64,000 bases of DNA from an uncultured Desulfatiglans sp. (lineage in GTDB: Bacteria; Desulfobacterota; DSM-4660; Desulfatiglandales; HGW-15), in assembly GCA_964460435.1 (NCBI GenBank), contig CAYWRH010000006.1, forward strand, positions 192-64,191. The letters run 5' to 3'. The notes beneath the pieces are model-generated. The model was not told the origin of the DNA, did no database searches, and worked only from the letters and a program-made list of their open reading frames with translations. Positions 19,971 through 29,572 of the stretch are shown piece by piece (within the stretch, counting starts at the first letter, position 1; the number at the start of each line of letters is the position of its first letter). Both the position numbers and the translations under genes were made by a program.

Positions 19971-20638
19971 TTTATATTACTGCCAAAACCGAACTGCTCC
20001 AGCATCTCCATGTTGATAGGTGATGCGCCATGTCGGTTTTCAGCAGCCTTCTCCTTTATTAATAATCTTTCAACATACTTTGCAATCATGTCTGTCTCTA
20101 TATTAACCTTGTCACCGGGCCTCTTTTTGAGCAAGGTTGTTGAAGCCCCTGTTTCAGGGATTATATTAACCTCAAAATAGCCGGTTTGACAAACATTAAT
20201 CGTAAGGCTTACCCCGTCAATAGCAATAGAGCCTTTTGCTATTGTATACCTTGAAAGCCCTTCATCAATCTTTACACCCATCAGCCATGATTTTTTGACC
20301 TGCTTTTTTTCAGATATTATCCCTATGCCATCCACATGACCAGATACAATGTGTCCTCCGAGCCTGTCAGAGAGTTTAAGCGCCCTCTCAAGGTTTACCT
20401 CGTCTCCCCTCGATAGCGACCCAAGGGTTGTCCTTGAGGTAGTCTCCCTTGAGGCATACATCCGCAAAAGGCCGTTATCTATCTCTGTAACCGTCAGACA
20501 TACACCGTTTACAGAAACGCTGTCACCAATCCGTGAGTCTCCCATATCAAAAAGGGGCATAATCAGGATATCCATATCCCCTCCTGATATGTGTGAATCA
20601 TTGATTCTGCCTGTGCCCTCTATAAGACCGGTAAACAT
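19967..20638 (-). CDS. ribE: riboflavin synthase alpha chain
   Basis: Canonical MFTGLIEG start at ATG 20638; the ORF track begins at an upstream TTG at 20653. Shows the internal duplicated-barrel pattern. Confidence 0.9.
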   Translation of the reverse strand: MFTGLIEGTGRINDSHISGGDMDILIMPLFDMGDSRIGDSVSVNGVCLTVTEIDNGLLRMYASRETTSRTTLGSLSRGDEVNLERALKLSDRLGGHIVSGHVDGIGIISEKKQVKKSWLMGVKIDEGLSRYTIAKGSIAIDGVSLTINVCQTGYFEVNIIPETGASTTLLKKRPGDKVNIETDMIAKYVERLLIKEKAAENRHGASPINMEMLEQFGFGSNIK

Positions 20639-20649
20639 ACTATCTTCCT

Positions 20650-21792
20650 TCAATAGACAGGATAACCGGTAATGAGTATATCACTGCCGACCTTCCTTAT
20701 TTTTGTTCTATCAAGCTTCAGTGTGCCATCCATGCAAATGGGCCCCTTTCCCTTGGCCATAGGCATGCCGTCATCTGCACCCAGAAGCTTAAGCGCCTTG
20801 AATATCATAAATTTATCTATAAGCCTTTCCCTTATCATGGAACCCATGAGAGCAGCCCCACCCTCAAACAGTATTGAGGTAATATTTTTTTTACCGAGTT
20901 CATCCATAAGCCCGGCCAGATCAATATGATTATCCTTTACTGTGCATCTTATAACAGAGGTATTGTCTCTTTCAACCCGTTTTACCTTCTCGCTGGCAAC
21001 TTTTTTCCCTATCACGATATAGTTCATTACACCTGCATCATCATTTAAAAGCCTTGAATCCGGCGGGATCGAAAGACTTGTATCCACTATAATCCTCATG
21101 GGATTGCGGCTGTTTTTCCCTGCCAGCCTTGAGGTTAATAGAGGGTCATCCGCTATTACTGTCCCAACCCCTACCATGACAGCATCAACCTTGGCCCTCA
21201 GCCGGTGGACATACCGCCTTGCCTCTTCCCCTGTAACCCACATGGAATGGCCGGTTGAGGTTGCTGTAAAACCATCAAGGGTAAGCGCAGATTTTGCAAT
21301 AACAAACGGCCTTCCTGTATTTATGAATTTAGTAAAGGATTCAAGGAGTTCCATGCACTCATTTTCTAGCACCCCTGTTCTTACATTCACCCCGTTCTCT
21401 TTAAGATACTCTATTCCCCTTCCCCTTACATTCGGGTTTGGGTCCCTCATGCCGACAACCACGTTTTTTATGCCACTTTCCAGTATAGCCTTTGTGCACG
21501 GCGGAGTTTTGCCATAATGATTACAGGGTTCAAGGGTAACATAAATGATATCGCGGGGGGTTGTTTTTCCCTTAAGGTTTGAGATGGCATCCACCTCGGC
21601 GTGGGCTGTGCCTGCCTTTTTGTGGTAGCCTTCCGAGATTACCCTGCCGTCTCTGACAATAACAGCGCCAACAGCAGGGTTTGGTGATGTCTGGCCAAGG
21701 CCCTTTTTTGCCATTTTAAGGGCCTTTTTCATATATATGGTATCTTTATCGTTCAAATTAATCTTCTGGAAAGGGGTTAATAACAGGGACAA
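20650..21792 (-). CDS. ribD: bifunctional riboflavin biosynthesis deaminase/reductase RibD
   Basis: Deaminase zinc motifs HAEVDA and PCNHYGKTPPC, followed by a reductase domain. The start is uncertain because 21792 is a TTG. Confidence 0.9.
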   Translation of the reverse strand: MSLLLTPFQKINLNDKDTIYMKKALKMAKKGLGQTSPNPAVGAVIVRDGRVISEGYHKKAGTAHAEVDAISNLKGKTTPRDIIYVTLEPCNHYGKTPPCTKAILESGIKNVVVGMRDPNPNVRGRGIEYLKENGVNVRTGVLENECMELLESFTKFINTGRPFVIAKSALTLDGFTATSTGHSMWVTGEEARRYVHRLRAKVDAVMVGVGTVIADDPLLTSRLAGKNSRNPMRIIVDTSLSIPPDSRLLNDDAGVMNYIVIGKKVASEKVKRVERDNTSVIRCTVKDNHIDLAGLMDELGKKNITSILFEGGAALMGSMIRERLIDKFMIFKALKLLGADDGMPMAKGKGPICMDGTLKLDRTKIRKVGSDILITGYPVY

Positions 21793-21819
21793 CTAATGGG
21801 AAATAGATAAAAAGAGGAG

Positions 21820-22290
21820 CTAATGTCCTCCCTCTCTTCTGGTTTTAAGTATATCTTCCAGCTCAGCCATGAACTCATTAATATCCTTAAACTGTCTGTA
21901 AACAGATGCAAACCGGACATAGGCAACCTCATCCCATTCCTTAAGGCTGTTAATAACCTTCTCACCTATCTCCTTGCTTTCCACCTCTTTTTTTCCAAGC
22001 TCCTGAAAATAGACCTCCAGGGAATCAACAAAATCATCTATCATGGTTATACTGACAGGCCTTTTCTGACATGCGTTTTTTATGCCGGCAATAATCTTGT
22101 CACGGCTGAATGGCTCCCTCCTGCCATCCTTTTTTACAACCATCGGCAGTATCTCTTCAAGCTTTTCATAGGTGGTAAAACGCCTTTCGCATTCAAGACA
22201 TTCCCTTCGTCTTCTTATGGTGCGGCCATCCTTGCTTAATCTTGAATCTATAACCTTATTTTCGATATTGGAGCAATAGGGGCATTTCAT
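21820..22290 (-). CDS. nrdR: transcriptional repressor NrdR
   Basis: MKCPYC...[12 protein letters not shown] zinc ribbon plus an ATP-cone domain. Confidence 0.93.
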   Translation of the reverse strand: MKCPYCSNIENKVIDSRLSKDGRTIRRRRECLECERRFTTYEKLEEILPMVVKKDGRREPFSRDKIIAGIKNACQKRPVSITMIDDFVDSLEVYFQELGKKEVESKEIGEKVINSLKEWDEVAYVRFASVYRQFKDINEFMAELEDILKTRREGGH

Positions 22291-22733
22291 ATACTCAACC
22301 TTTCGATTTCGAGTTTGGCTTCTGCCAGCATCTGATCCGAGAGAGGATCATCATATCCTTCACGGTAATAAACCTTTCTGATACCTGCATTGATTATCAT
22401 CTTGGTACATATCACACAGGGTTTGTTAGTACAATAAAGAATTGACCCGTTTATTGAAATGCCATGGTAGGCGGCCTGCAATATAAGATTCTGTTCCGCA
22501 TGCAGGCCCCTGCACAGTTCATGTCTCTGACCTGAAGGTATAGAGGAATCTTCTCTGAGGCACCCTACCTCTTCACAGTGCCTGAGCCCGGAAGGCGCCC
22601 CATTGTAACCGGATGCCAGGATCCTTTTATCCTTGACCAGTATGGCCCCGACCTGCCGTCTAATGCAGGTTGATCTCCTGGCTACAAGATCTGTTATTGC
22701 CATGAAATATTCAGGCCATGATGGTCTGGACAA
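22287..22733 (-). CDS. dCMP deaminase family protein (ComEB-like)
   Basis: 148 aa. Cytidine/deoxycytidylate deaminase zinc motifs HAEQN and PCVIC. Confidence 0.8.
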   Translation of the reverse strand: MSRPSWPEYFMAITDLVARRSTCIRRQVGAILVKDKRILASGYNGAPSGLRHCEEVGCLREDSSIPSGQRHELCRGLHAEQNLILQAAYHGISINGSILYCTNKPCVICTKMIINAGIRKVYYREGYDDPLSDQMLAEAKLEIERLSI

Positions 22734-22752
22734 CTATTATACCCCGCTCAAA

Positions 22753-24003
22753 TCAGTTGAAATACTGGTATATAGGGAACTTTGAACAGAGTTCCCTTAC
22801 AGTAGCCCTGATATCTGAAAGTATCCTGTCATTATTAATATTCTCAAGGGCCTTATTTATAAGGCCGGCAACTGTCACTATCTCATCTTCCCTGAAACCC
22901 CGCGTGGTGACGGCAGGAGTTCCTATCCTGAGACCGCTCGTCACCTGTGCATTTCTCTTTTCAAATGGCACTGTATTTTTATTTACCACAATACCGGCCT
23001 TGCCAAGGGCTATTTCCGCCTCAAGGCCTGTTATATCCTTTGTTGTGAGGTCAACAAGTATAAGATGGTTGTCTGTGCCGCCGGAAATCAGGTTATAACC
23101 GTATTTCATCATCTCCCTTGCCATTACCCTGGAATTCTTTACAACCTGTTTCTGGTATTCAGTAAACTCGGGCTGTAAAGCCTCATGAAAGCAGACTGCC
23201 TTTGCAGCAAGCACATGCATGAGCGGTCCGCCCTGTATGCCTGGGAATATGGTCTTGTTTATGGCCTTTTGATGCTCCATTGAAGACATTATCAACCCGC
23301 CTCTGGGGCCGCGAAGGGTCTTATGGGTTGTTGTTGTCACAAAATCCACAACACCAACAGGAGAGGGATGCTCTCCCGCAGCAACAAGACCAGCGATATG
23401 GGCAATATCAGCCATCACATAGGCCCCTACCTCATCAGCAATTTCTCTGAATTTTTGAAAATCGATCACCCGCGGGTAGGCGCTTGCCCCAACAACAATC
23501 ATCCTGGGTGAGTGTTCCTTTGCAAGATCATAAACCTGGTTATAGTCTATGAGCTGGGTTTCAGGATCAAGCCCGTATGAGAAAGACCTGTATATATTAC
23601 CTGAAAAGCTTGCCTTGCTCCCGTGGGTGAGATGACCGCCGTGTGAGAGATTCATTCCAAGTATGGTATCCCCGGGTTTTAAGACTGAAAAATAGACAGC
23701 CATATTGGCCTGGCTCCCTGCATGGGGCTGTACATTCACATACTCTGCATTGAAAAGTTTCTGTGCCCTTTTAATGGCAAGCTCTTCAACAATGTCCGCG
23801 TTCTCACAACCGCCGTAATACCTTGCCCCCGGATAACCTTCAGCATATTTGTTTGTCAATACATTGCTCTGGGCCTCTATTACAGCCCTTGATGCATAAT
23901 TCTCAGACGCTATAAGAACAATACAATCCTGTTCCCTTTTGATCTCTTTTCTTATTGCCTCTGCAACCTCTGGATCTACCTGTGAAAGCCCTTTTTCAAT
24001 CAA
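22753..24003 (-). CDS. glyA: serine hydroxymethyltransferase
   Basis: 416 aa. PLP-lysine motif [14 protein letters not shown]. Confidence 0.97.
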   Translation of the reverse strand: MIEKGLSQVDPEVAEAIRKEIKREQDCIVLIASENYASRAVIEAQSNVLTNKYAEGYPGARYYGGCENADIVEELAIKRAQKLFNAEYVNVQPHAGSQANMAVYFSVLKPGDTILGMNLSHGGHLTHGSKASFSGNIYRSFSYGLDPETQLIDYNQVYDLAKEHSPRMIVVGASAYPRVIDFQKFREIADEVGAYVMADIAHIAGLVAAGEHPSPVGVVDFVTTTTHKTLRGPRGGLIMSSMEHQKAINKTIFPGIQGGPLMHVLAAKAVCFHEALQPEFTEYQKQVVKNSRVMAREMMKYGYNLISGGTDNHLILVDLTTKDITGLEAEIALGKAGIVVNKNTVPFEKRNAQVTSGLRIGTPAVTTRGFREDEIVTVAGLINKALENINNDRILSDIRATVRELCSKFPIYQYFN

Positions 24004-24014
24004 CTTTAGTCACC

Positions 24015-24446
24015 TCAATTTTCTATTTTATCTATACGCATTTTATGCCTGCCGCCTTCAAACTCCGTCCTAAAAAAGACCTTGAGTATCTCAAGCGCCA
24101 GACCTTCTCCCGTAACCCTTGCCCCAATAACAAGAATATTTGCGTTATTATGTCTCCTTGACATCTCCGCAGTATATATATCATGGCAAAGAGCGGCCCT
24201 TATACCTTTAAACCGGTTTGCAGCTATGGACATGCCAATGCCCGTGCCACAGATCAGCACCCCTTTTTCATATTCCCCCGAAGCGACAGCAGATGCAACA
24301 TTCCGGGCAATGTCAGGGTAATCAACCGAATCTGCGCTGTATGTGCCTGCATCTGAAACCTCATATCCGAGTTCATTAGTCAGAAGCTCTTTAAACCTGT
24401 TTTTTAAATCAAAACCGGTGTGATCCGAACCAATGATTATTTTCAT
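24015..24446 (-). CDS. rpiB: ribose-5-phosphate isomerase B
   Basis: 143 aa. MKIIIGSDHTGFDLK and ICGTGIGMSIAANR motifs. Confidence 0.9.
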   Translation of the reverse strand: MKIIIGSDHTGFDLKNRFKELLTNELGYEVSDAGTYSADSVDYPDIARNVASAVASGEYEKGVLICGTGIGMSIAANRFKGIRAALCHDIYTAEMSRRHNNANILVIGARVTGEGLALEILKVFFRTEFEGGRHKMRIDKIEN

Positions 24447-24471
24447 TTACTCCCCTTATATAAAATAATAT

Positions 24472-25713
24472 TTATGGTTCAAACGCCTTAAACAGCAACG
24501 ACGCATTTGTTCCGCCAAAACCAAATGAATTTGACATCGCCACCTTCACCTGTGCCTTTCGCGCCTTGTTTGGCACATAATCAAGATCACATTCAGGATC
24601 AGGTGTCTCATAGTTAATTGTGGGCGGAATTATCCCGTGCTTTATTGTCAATGCAGTGTATATCGCCTCGACTCCGCCTGTTCCGCCTAACAGATGACCT
24701 GTCATGGATTTGGTAGAACTGATAGCGAGCTTATATGCATGTTCGCCAAATAACCTTTTTATAGCCTTTGTCTCGGAGAGGTCATTAAGGGAGGTTGATG
24801 TCCCGTGCGCATTAATGTAATCGACATCTTCATTCTTCAGGCCAGCTGAACTTATAGCCATCGCCATACAGTTAACCGCCCCGTCACCTTCAGGGTGCGG
24901 TGCAGAAACATGGTATGCATCGCCTGAAAGACCATAACCTGCTATTTCAGCATATATCTTTGCCCCCCGGTCAAGGGCATGATTTAGCTCTTCAATTACA
25001 AGAATACCCGCCCCCTCGCCGATTACAAACCCGTCTCTATCTTTATCAAATGGGCGTGATGCCCTTTTTGGGTCATCATTTCTTGTTGACAGGGCATGCA
25101 TTGAACAGAACCCTGCAAAGGCAAGGGGAGTAACAACTGCCTCTGCGCCACCCGTAATCATGGCATCAACGATTCCCTCCTGAACAAGCCTGAAGGATTC
25201 GCCAACAGCATGAGAACTTGCCGCACAGGCAGTTTCTATGGAAGAATTAGGCCCCATTGCGCCATATTCTATGGCTATCTGCCCCGGGAGCATGTTGGGG
25301 ATTATGCCGGGAATGAAAAATGGGCTAACCCTTCCCGGCCCCTTTTCAAGAAGGGTCTTGTGAAAACTTTCAATCATTGAGAGTCCGCCCAGACCTGACC
25401 CGGTCAGACACCCTACCCTGCTACGATTTTCATGGGCTATCTTAAGCCCTGAATCTTCCATGGCCATTCTTGCCGATGCAAGACCGTAATGAATAAAGAT
25501 ATCAAACCTTCTTATCTGCTGCTTATCAATAAAATCTTCAGCATTGAAATCGGTCACCTCAGCGGCAATTTTGCTTTTAAAGTCTGAGGCATCAAATCTG
25601 GTAACAGGCCCTATAACCGATTTGCCGGAACATAAGGCCTCCCAGTTTTTTTCAACCCCTGTGCCCAGAGGAGTGACCATGCCCAGGCCTGTAATCACAA
25701 CCCTTCTTTTCAT
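24472..25713 (-). CDS. fabF: 3-oxoacyl-ACP synthase II
   Basis: 413 aa. KAS II pattern with active-site Cys (ETACAASSHA) and His residues (NAHGTST, MTGHLLG). Confidence 0.95.
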   Translation of the reverse strand: MKRRVVITGLGMVTPLGTGVEKNWEALCSGKSVIGPVTRFDASDFKSKIAAEVTDFNAEDFIDKQQIRRFDIFIHYGLASARMAMEDSGLKIAHENRSRVGCLTGSGLGGLSMIESFHKTLLEKGPGRVSPFFIPGIIPNMLPGQIAIEYGAMGPNSSIETACAASSHAVGESFRLVQEGIVDAMITGGAEAVVTPLAFAGFCSMHALSTRNDDPKRASRPFDKDRDGFVIGEGAGILVIEELNHALDRGAKIYAEIAGYGLSGDAYHVSAPHPEGDGAVNCMAMAISSAGLKNEDVDYINAHGTSTSLNDLSETKAIKRLFGEHAYKLAISSTKSMTGHLLGGTGGVEAIYTALTIKHGIIPPTINYETPDPECDLDYVPNKARKAQVKVAMSNSFGFGGTNASLLFKAFEP

Positions 25714-25764
25714 ACAAATAAACCCCTTTATCCCTGTGACTGATATGATCCCTGTATGGGGGAT

Positions 25765-26028
<264 letters not shown>

Positions 26029-26063
26029 TTAAATAATAACTCAAAATAACTAATATCACCGGT

Positions 26064-26822
26064 CTACATATAAAGTCCGCCATTAACATGAATAATCTGC
26101 CCTGTAATATAGGAAGCAGACTCTGAACAGAGCCAGTATACCGTCTCTGATACATCCTGAACCGTGCCCAGCCTTCCAAGGGGTATCTGCTGAAGATATG
26201 ACTGAACCACCTTTTCAGGAAGCGCATCAGTCATTTCTGTCTGGATAAAACCGGGGGCAACAGCGTTAACTGTAATACCCCTTGAAGCTACCTCCCTTGC
26301 AACAGCCTTTGTAAACCCCATAATACCTGCCTTTGAAGCAGAGTAATTTGCCTGACCTGCAACCCCTATCTGGCCTGAAACAGAGGCTATATTCACTATT
26401 GTGCCCCTTCTATTTTTTATCATAGACCTGATTATGGTCTGGGTACAGTTGAAAATGCTTTTCAAATTTATATTCAAAACAAGGTCCCAGTCTCGTTCTG
26501 ACATCTTCATCAAAAGAGAATCCCTTGTAATGCCTGCATTATTAATCAGGGTATCAACCCTTCCGTATTTCTCAAGCACACTGTCAAAAAAGGTTTCTAC
26601 AGCAGATTTGGATGAAACGTCAACCTTGAAACTCTCACACCTTATACCCTTTTCATTAAGCATCGCAAGAGTCTGGTCAGAGAATGTTTCATCCTGATCA
26701 TAATGAACGATTATAATTACCGGACGTTCTTCAGCAAATTTAAGGGCTATTGCACGGCCTATACCCCTTGACCCCCCTGTTACAACTACAACTCTCTGTG
26801 AGTTATCCATCATTATTTCCAC
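26064..26822 (-). CDS. fabG: 3-oxoacyl-ACP reductase
   Basis: SDR motifs TGGSRGIG, NNAG and YSASKAG. Lies upstream of acpP. Confidence 0.9.
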   Translation of the reverse strand: MEIMMDNSQRVVVVTGGSRGIGRAIALKFAEERPVIIIVHYDQDETFSDQTLAMLNEKGIRCESFKVDVSSKSAVETFFDSVLEKYGRVDTLINNAGITRDSLLMKMSERDWDLVLNINLKSIFNCTQTIIRSMIKNRRGTIVNIASVSGQIGVAGQANYSASKAGIMGFTKAVAREVASRGITVNAVAPGFIQTEMTDALPEKVVQSYLQQIPLGRLGTVQDVSETVYWLCSESASYITGQIIHVNGGLYM

Positions 26823-27832
26823 CCTGTAAAATATTTATTCCCTGAGGGTTCCATTGAGCCTAACCCCTCAAGGCTGTTTATAAGCTTTTCACCCGTATTG
26901 TTCTTAACATAATTATAAGCCATCCTGATGGCATTCTTTATTGCCTTATGAGATGAGTGCCCGTGACACACGATGCATACCCCGTTTATCCCCAGCACAG
27001 GGGCGCCGCCATATTTTGCATAATCAAGGTTTTCTTTAAATTCCCTGATAAAACCTTCATCATGAAAAAGGCCCGCTCTCTTATCAAGCCCACCTGTTAA
27101 CCTGGAAATAATTGATTCAGCAACCCCTTCTGATATTTTCAGAACAACATTTCCTACAAACCCGTCACATACAATGATCTGAACCTTTCCACTTAAGATA
27201 TCCCTGCCCTCTATATTGCCGTAAAAATCAAAAGGAGCTTTTGTGAACAGATCATAGGCCGCCTTTACAAGGTCATTGCCCTTTCCAGGCTCTTCGCCGA
27301 TATTTAAAAGCCCGACTTTAGGCCTTTTCATGCCAAGGCACGAAACTGCAAATGCCTCGGCCATAATACCGAATTGATACAGGTGGTGAGGACGGCAATC
27401 AACATTTCCTCCCACATCAACAACTATTACATCTCCCTTTTCACCGGGTATAATACCTGCAAGGGCCGGTCTTTCAACCCCTTTAAGTTTTCCTGCCGCC
27501 ATTATACCGGCGATCATTGTTGCCCCTGAATTTCCTGCGCTGACAACCGCATCTGCCTTTCCGGTCTTAAGAAGTTCAAAGGCTACCCGTATGGAGGAGT
27601 CTTTCTTTCCTCTGTATCCCTTTACAGGAGATTCGCCCATATCAACTGTTTCATTACAGTGATAAACCGTCAATCGCTCCATGCATATTTCATCTGCAAG
27701 ACAAGGATTGACAGCCGCTTTATCTCCTACAAGAACAATATGGCAATCTACCTCTTTTAAAGCCAGTAAAGCCCCATGAACGACCACTTCAGGAGCAAAA
27801 TCCCCTCCCATGGCATCCACGGCTATTATCAT
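26813..27832 (-). CDS. plsX: phosphate acyltransferase PlsX
   Basis: 339 aa. IAVDAMGGD N-terminus. Follows rpmF as in the conserved operon. Confidence 0.93.
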   Translation of the reverse strand: MIIAVDAMGGDFAPEVVVHGALLALKEVDCHIVLVGDKAAVNPCLADEICMERLTVYHCNETVDMGESPVKGYRGKKDSSIRVAFELLKTGKADAVVSAGNSGATMIAGIMAAGKLKGVERPALAGIIPGEKGDVIVVDVGGNVDCRPHHLYQFGIMAEAFAVSCLGMKRPKVGLLNIGEEPGKGNDLVKAAYDLFTKAPFDFYGNIEGRDILSGKVQIIVCDGFVGNVVLKISEGVAESIISRLTGGLDKRAGLFHDEGFIREFKENLDYAKYGGAPVLGINGVCIVCHGHSSHKAIKNAIRMAYNYVKNNTGEKLINSLEGLGSMEPSGNKYFTGWK

Positions 27833-27833
27833 T

Positions 27834-28019
27834 CTATATCTCTTCTTTAGTCTCGATTATTGTCTTTCCCCTGTAGGTGCCGCAATTCTTGCATACCTGA
27901 TGAGATAATACCGGTTCATGGCATTGGGGACAAGAAGATACATTAGGCATTGTGATATGATCGTGGGATCTCCGCATATCCCGTTTTGATTTTGATTTTC
28001 TCTTTTTTGGTACAGCCAT
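27834..28019 (-). CDS. rpmF: 50S ribosomal protein L32
   Basis: MAVPKKRKSKSKRDMRRSH N-terminus plus a CPQC...CKNC zinc ribbon. Confidence 0.93.
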   Translation of the reverse strand: MAVPKKRKSKSKRDMRRSHDHITMPNVSSCPQCHEPVLSHQVCKNCGTYRGKTIIETKEEI

Positions 28020-28036
28020 TTATTTTCCCACTCCTT

Positions 28037-28570
28037 CTAGTTTTTTAATTTATTAAGCGTTGCAAAGGCCGGATGACCCTGCGCTGTCATGCATTCACAG
28101 GAACTTACATTCAGGTTACATCCGCATTTTGCACATAATCCAATACAATCAGTTCTGCAAAGACATTTAACTGGTAAAGAAAGAAAAAGTTGCTCCCTTA
28201 TTACCTCATTCAGGTCGATCTTATCATCATGAATAAAAACAACCTCAATATCATCTTCCATCAATTCCAGTTCATCCTTTTCAATATCATCGGGGGCTGG
28301 GGTCAGAAAGTAGTTAAATTCAGCCTCAATCTCCTGCCTGTATGACTCAAGACACCTGTCACACGCTACCCTCAATGCCCCTTTAAAGGCGCCATCAAGC
28401 ACATATTTATTCCCGACCCTGTTGATCGTAATATCCACGCTAATGGGCGTCTCTATTGCCTCTATCTGATAATCATCTTCCCCCGGTGACCACCACCCTC
28501 TGTCAAGGGTATATGAAAAATATTTTTTCCCTTCAAAAGGAATTGTCTTAAGATCGATTATCATCTGCAC
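28037..28570 (-). CDS. yceD: YceD/DUF177 family protein
   Basis: 177 aa. Cys-rich C-terminus (CRTDCIGLCAKCGCNL). Conserved position upstream of rpmF. Confidence 0.8.
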   Translation of the reverse strand: MQMIIDLKTIPFEGKKYFSYTLDRGWWSPGEDDYQIEAIETPISVDITINRVGNKYVLDGAFKGALRVACDRCLESYRQEIEAEFNYFLTPAPDDIEKDELELMEDDIEVVFIHDDKIDLNEVIREQLFLSLPVKCLCRTDCIGLCAKCGCNLNVSSCECMTAQGHPAFATLNKLKN

Positions 28571-28648
28571 ATTCTTTTACCAAATAATTCCAAGGGGTTA
28601 ATTTAATTATTAAAATCCCCGTGTATTCTATAAAAAAATAGAATGTGC

Positions 28649-28676
28649 AGTATATATCAGAACACCTGTTTGTCAA
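28649..28676 (-). promoter_or_regulatory. candidate sigma-70 promoter of the yceD-rpmF-plsX-fab operon
   Basis: Minus strand reads TTGACA (28676-28671), a 16-nt spacer, then TATACT (28654-28649), about 80 nt upstream of the yceD start. Confidence 0.4.
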
Positions 28677-28740
28677 GTTTTTTGAATAAGATACAAAAGA
28701 GATGATATGAAAAAATAGGGAGTAAAATGGATCAGGAGTA

Positions 28741-28790
28741 GAAAAACAGAAATCACCATCTGCCGGTAAGGATCAAGACAGATGGTGATC
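28741..28790 (-). terminator. rho-independent terminator downstream of flgM
   Basis: An 11-bp perfect stem (atcaccatctg 28752-28762 with cagatggtgat 28779-28789). On the minus strand it is followed by ttctgttttt. Confidence 0.6.
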
Positions 28791-28810
28791 TGATTAATGA
28801 GATTACAAAT

Positions 28811-29128
28811 CTAGATAATATTTGTAATAGAATCTGCCAATACCTTTTCAGCGACCTTTTTAGAATCAACGCTGTATGTATCATTTTTTACCATCATTTT
28901 GAGCTGCTCTATCCTTGCAGCCCTCTCTTCAGGGACAATATCCATCTTTTCAGCCGCCTTGCTAAACTCCACTGACTCCTGGGAAATATCAACCTTGGCG
29001 CCCTTTCCGGAATCCTTTTCTGCTGCCTGTCCCTGACCGCTGATATTTTCGGCTTCTTTCAGCCTGGTCTGGGATGGATCAAGGTTTCCAACCTTATTTA
29101 TGCTGTTTGATATTTCATTAACCTTCAT
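28811..29128 (-). CDS. flgM: anti-sigma-28 factor FlgM
   Basis: 105 aa. The C-terminal IEQLKMMVKNDTYSVDSKKVAEKVL matches the FlgM sigma-28-binding region. Confidence 0.75.
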   Translation of the reverse strand: MKVNEISNSINKVGNLDPSQTRLKEAENISGQGQAAEKDSGKGAKVDISQESVEFSKAAEKMDIVPEERAARIEQLKMMVKNDTYSVDSKKVAEKVLADSITNII

Positions 29129-29180
29129 TTTTGCCCCCTTTGCGACCTAAACAGGCCTTAATATATAAAAAGAGATACTG

Positions 29181-29402
29181 CTAATCCTCTGTCATCTGCA
29201 TATCAATACCACCGGAGAACTGATTCACCAGCTTATCAGTCATCTTTCTCAGCACCTCTTTTTGACGGGCTTCGCCCGAGATGTTTATTACATCCAGGGG
29301 TTTTTTCTTTTCCAATGTGCCTTCATCGGCAATCATTGCCTTTTTCTTCAACTGATTACCATATATCCTGAGCACATTTCTTATCTGATAAGTAGTGATC
29401 AA
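29181..29402 (-). CDS. small FlgM-associated protein of unknown function
   Basis: 73 aa. TTG start with GGAGG 9 nt upstream. Lies immediately upstream of flgM behind a sigma-28-type promoter. From memory it resembles the small proteins that precede flgM in Desulfovibrio-type genomes. Confidence 0.5.
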   Translation of the reverse strand: MITTYQIRNVLRIYGNQLKKKAMIADEGTLEKKKPLDVINISGEARQKEVLRKMTDKLVNQFSGGIDMQMTED

Positions 29403-29514
29403 AATAAATTGCCTCCACTTACCTTTTCGACCCGGGATATTTAAAACTTAAATTTTTTTTAAAAATAAAGGGTAGAAATAATTTAAGAGAGCTGATTTTC
29501 ATTCAACCCACTTT

Positions 29515-29542
29515 TAATCGGCAAAAGGAATCTGATACTTTA
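29515..29542 (-). promoter_or_regulatory. sigma-28 (FliA)-type promoter
   Basis: Minus strand reads TAAAG (29542-29538), a 15-nt spacer, then GCCGATTA (29522-29515). The consensus is TAAAG-N15-GCCGATAA. Confidence 0.6.
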
Positions 29543-29572
29543 CTGAATTAATCAGCAAAGTAAGGCTCCCTG

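Noticed and set aside
21793-21819. FMN riboswitch expected upstream of the rib operon
   Set aside because: Only 27 nt separate nrdR and ribD, so there is no room for an aptamer. The rib genes appear to be co-transcribed with nrdR.
26813-26822. plsX runs directly into fabG with no fabH/fabD, suggesting an unusual fatty-acid operon
   Set aside because: The gene order varies among bacteria, and fabH/fabD are probably encoded elsewhere. Nothing in the sequence suggests deletion scars.
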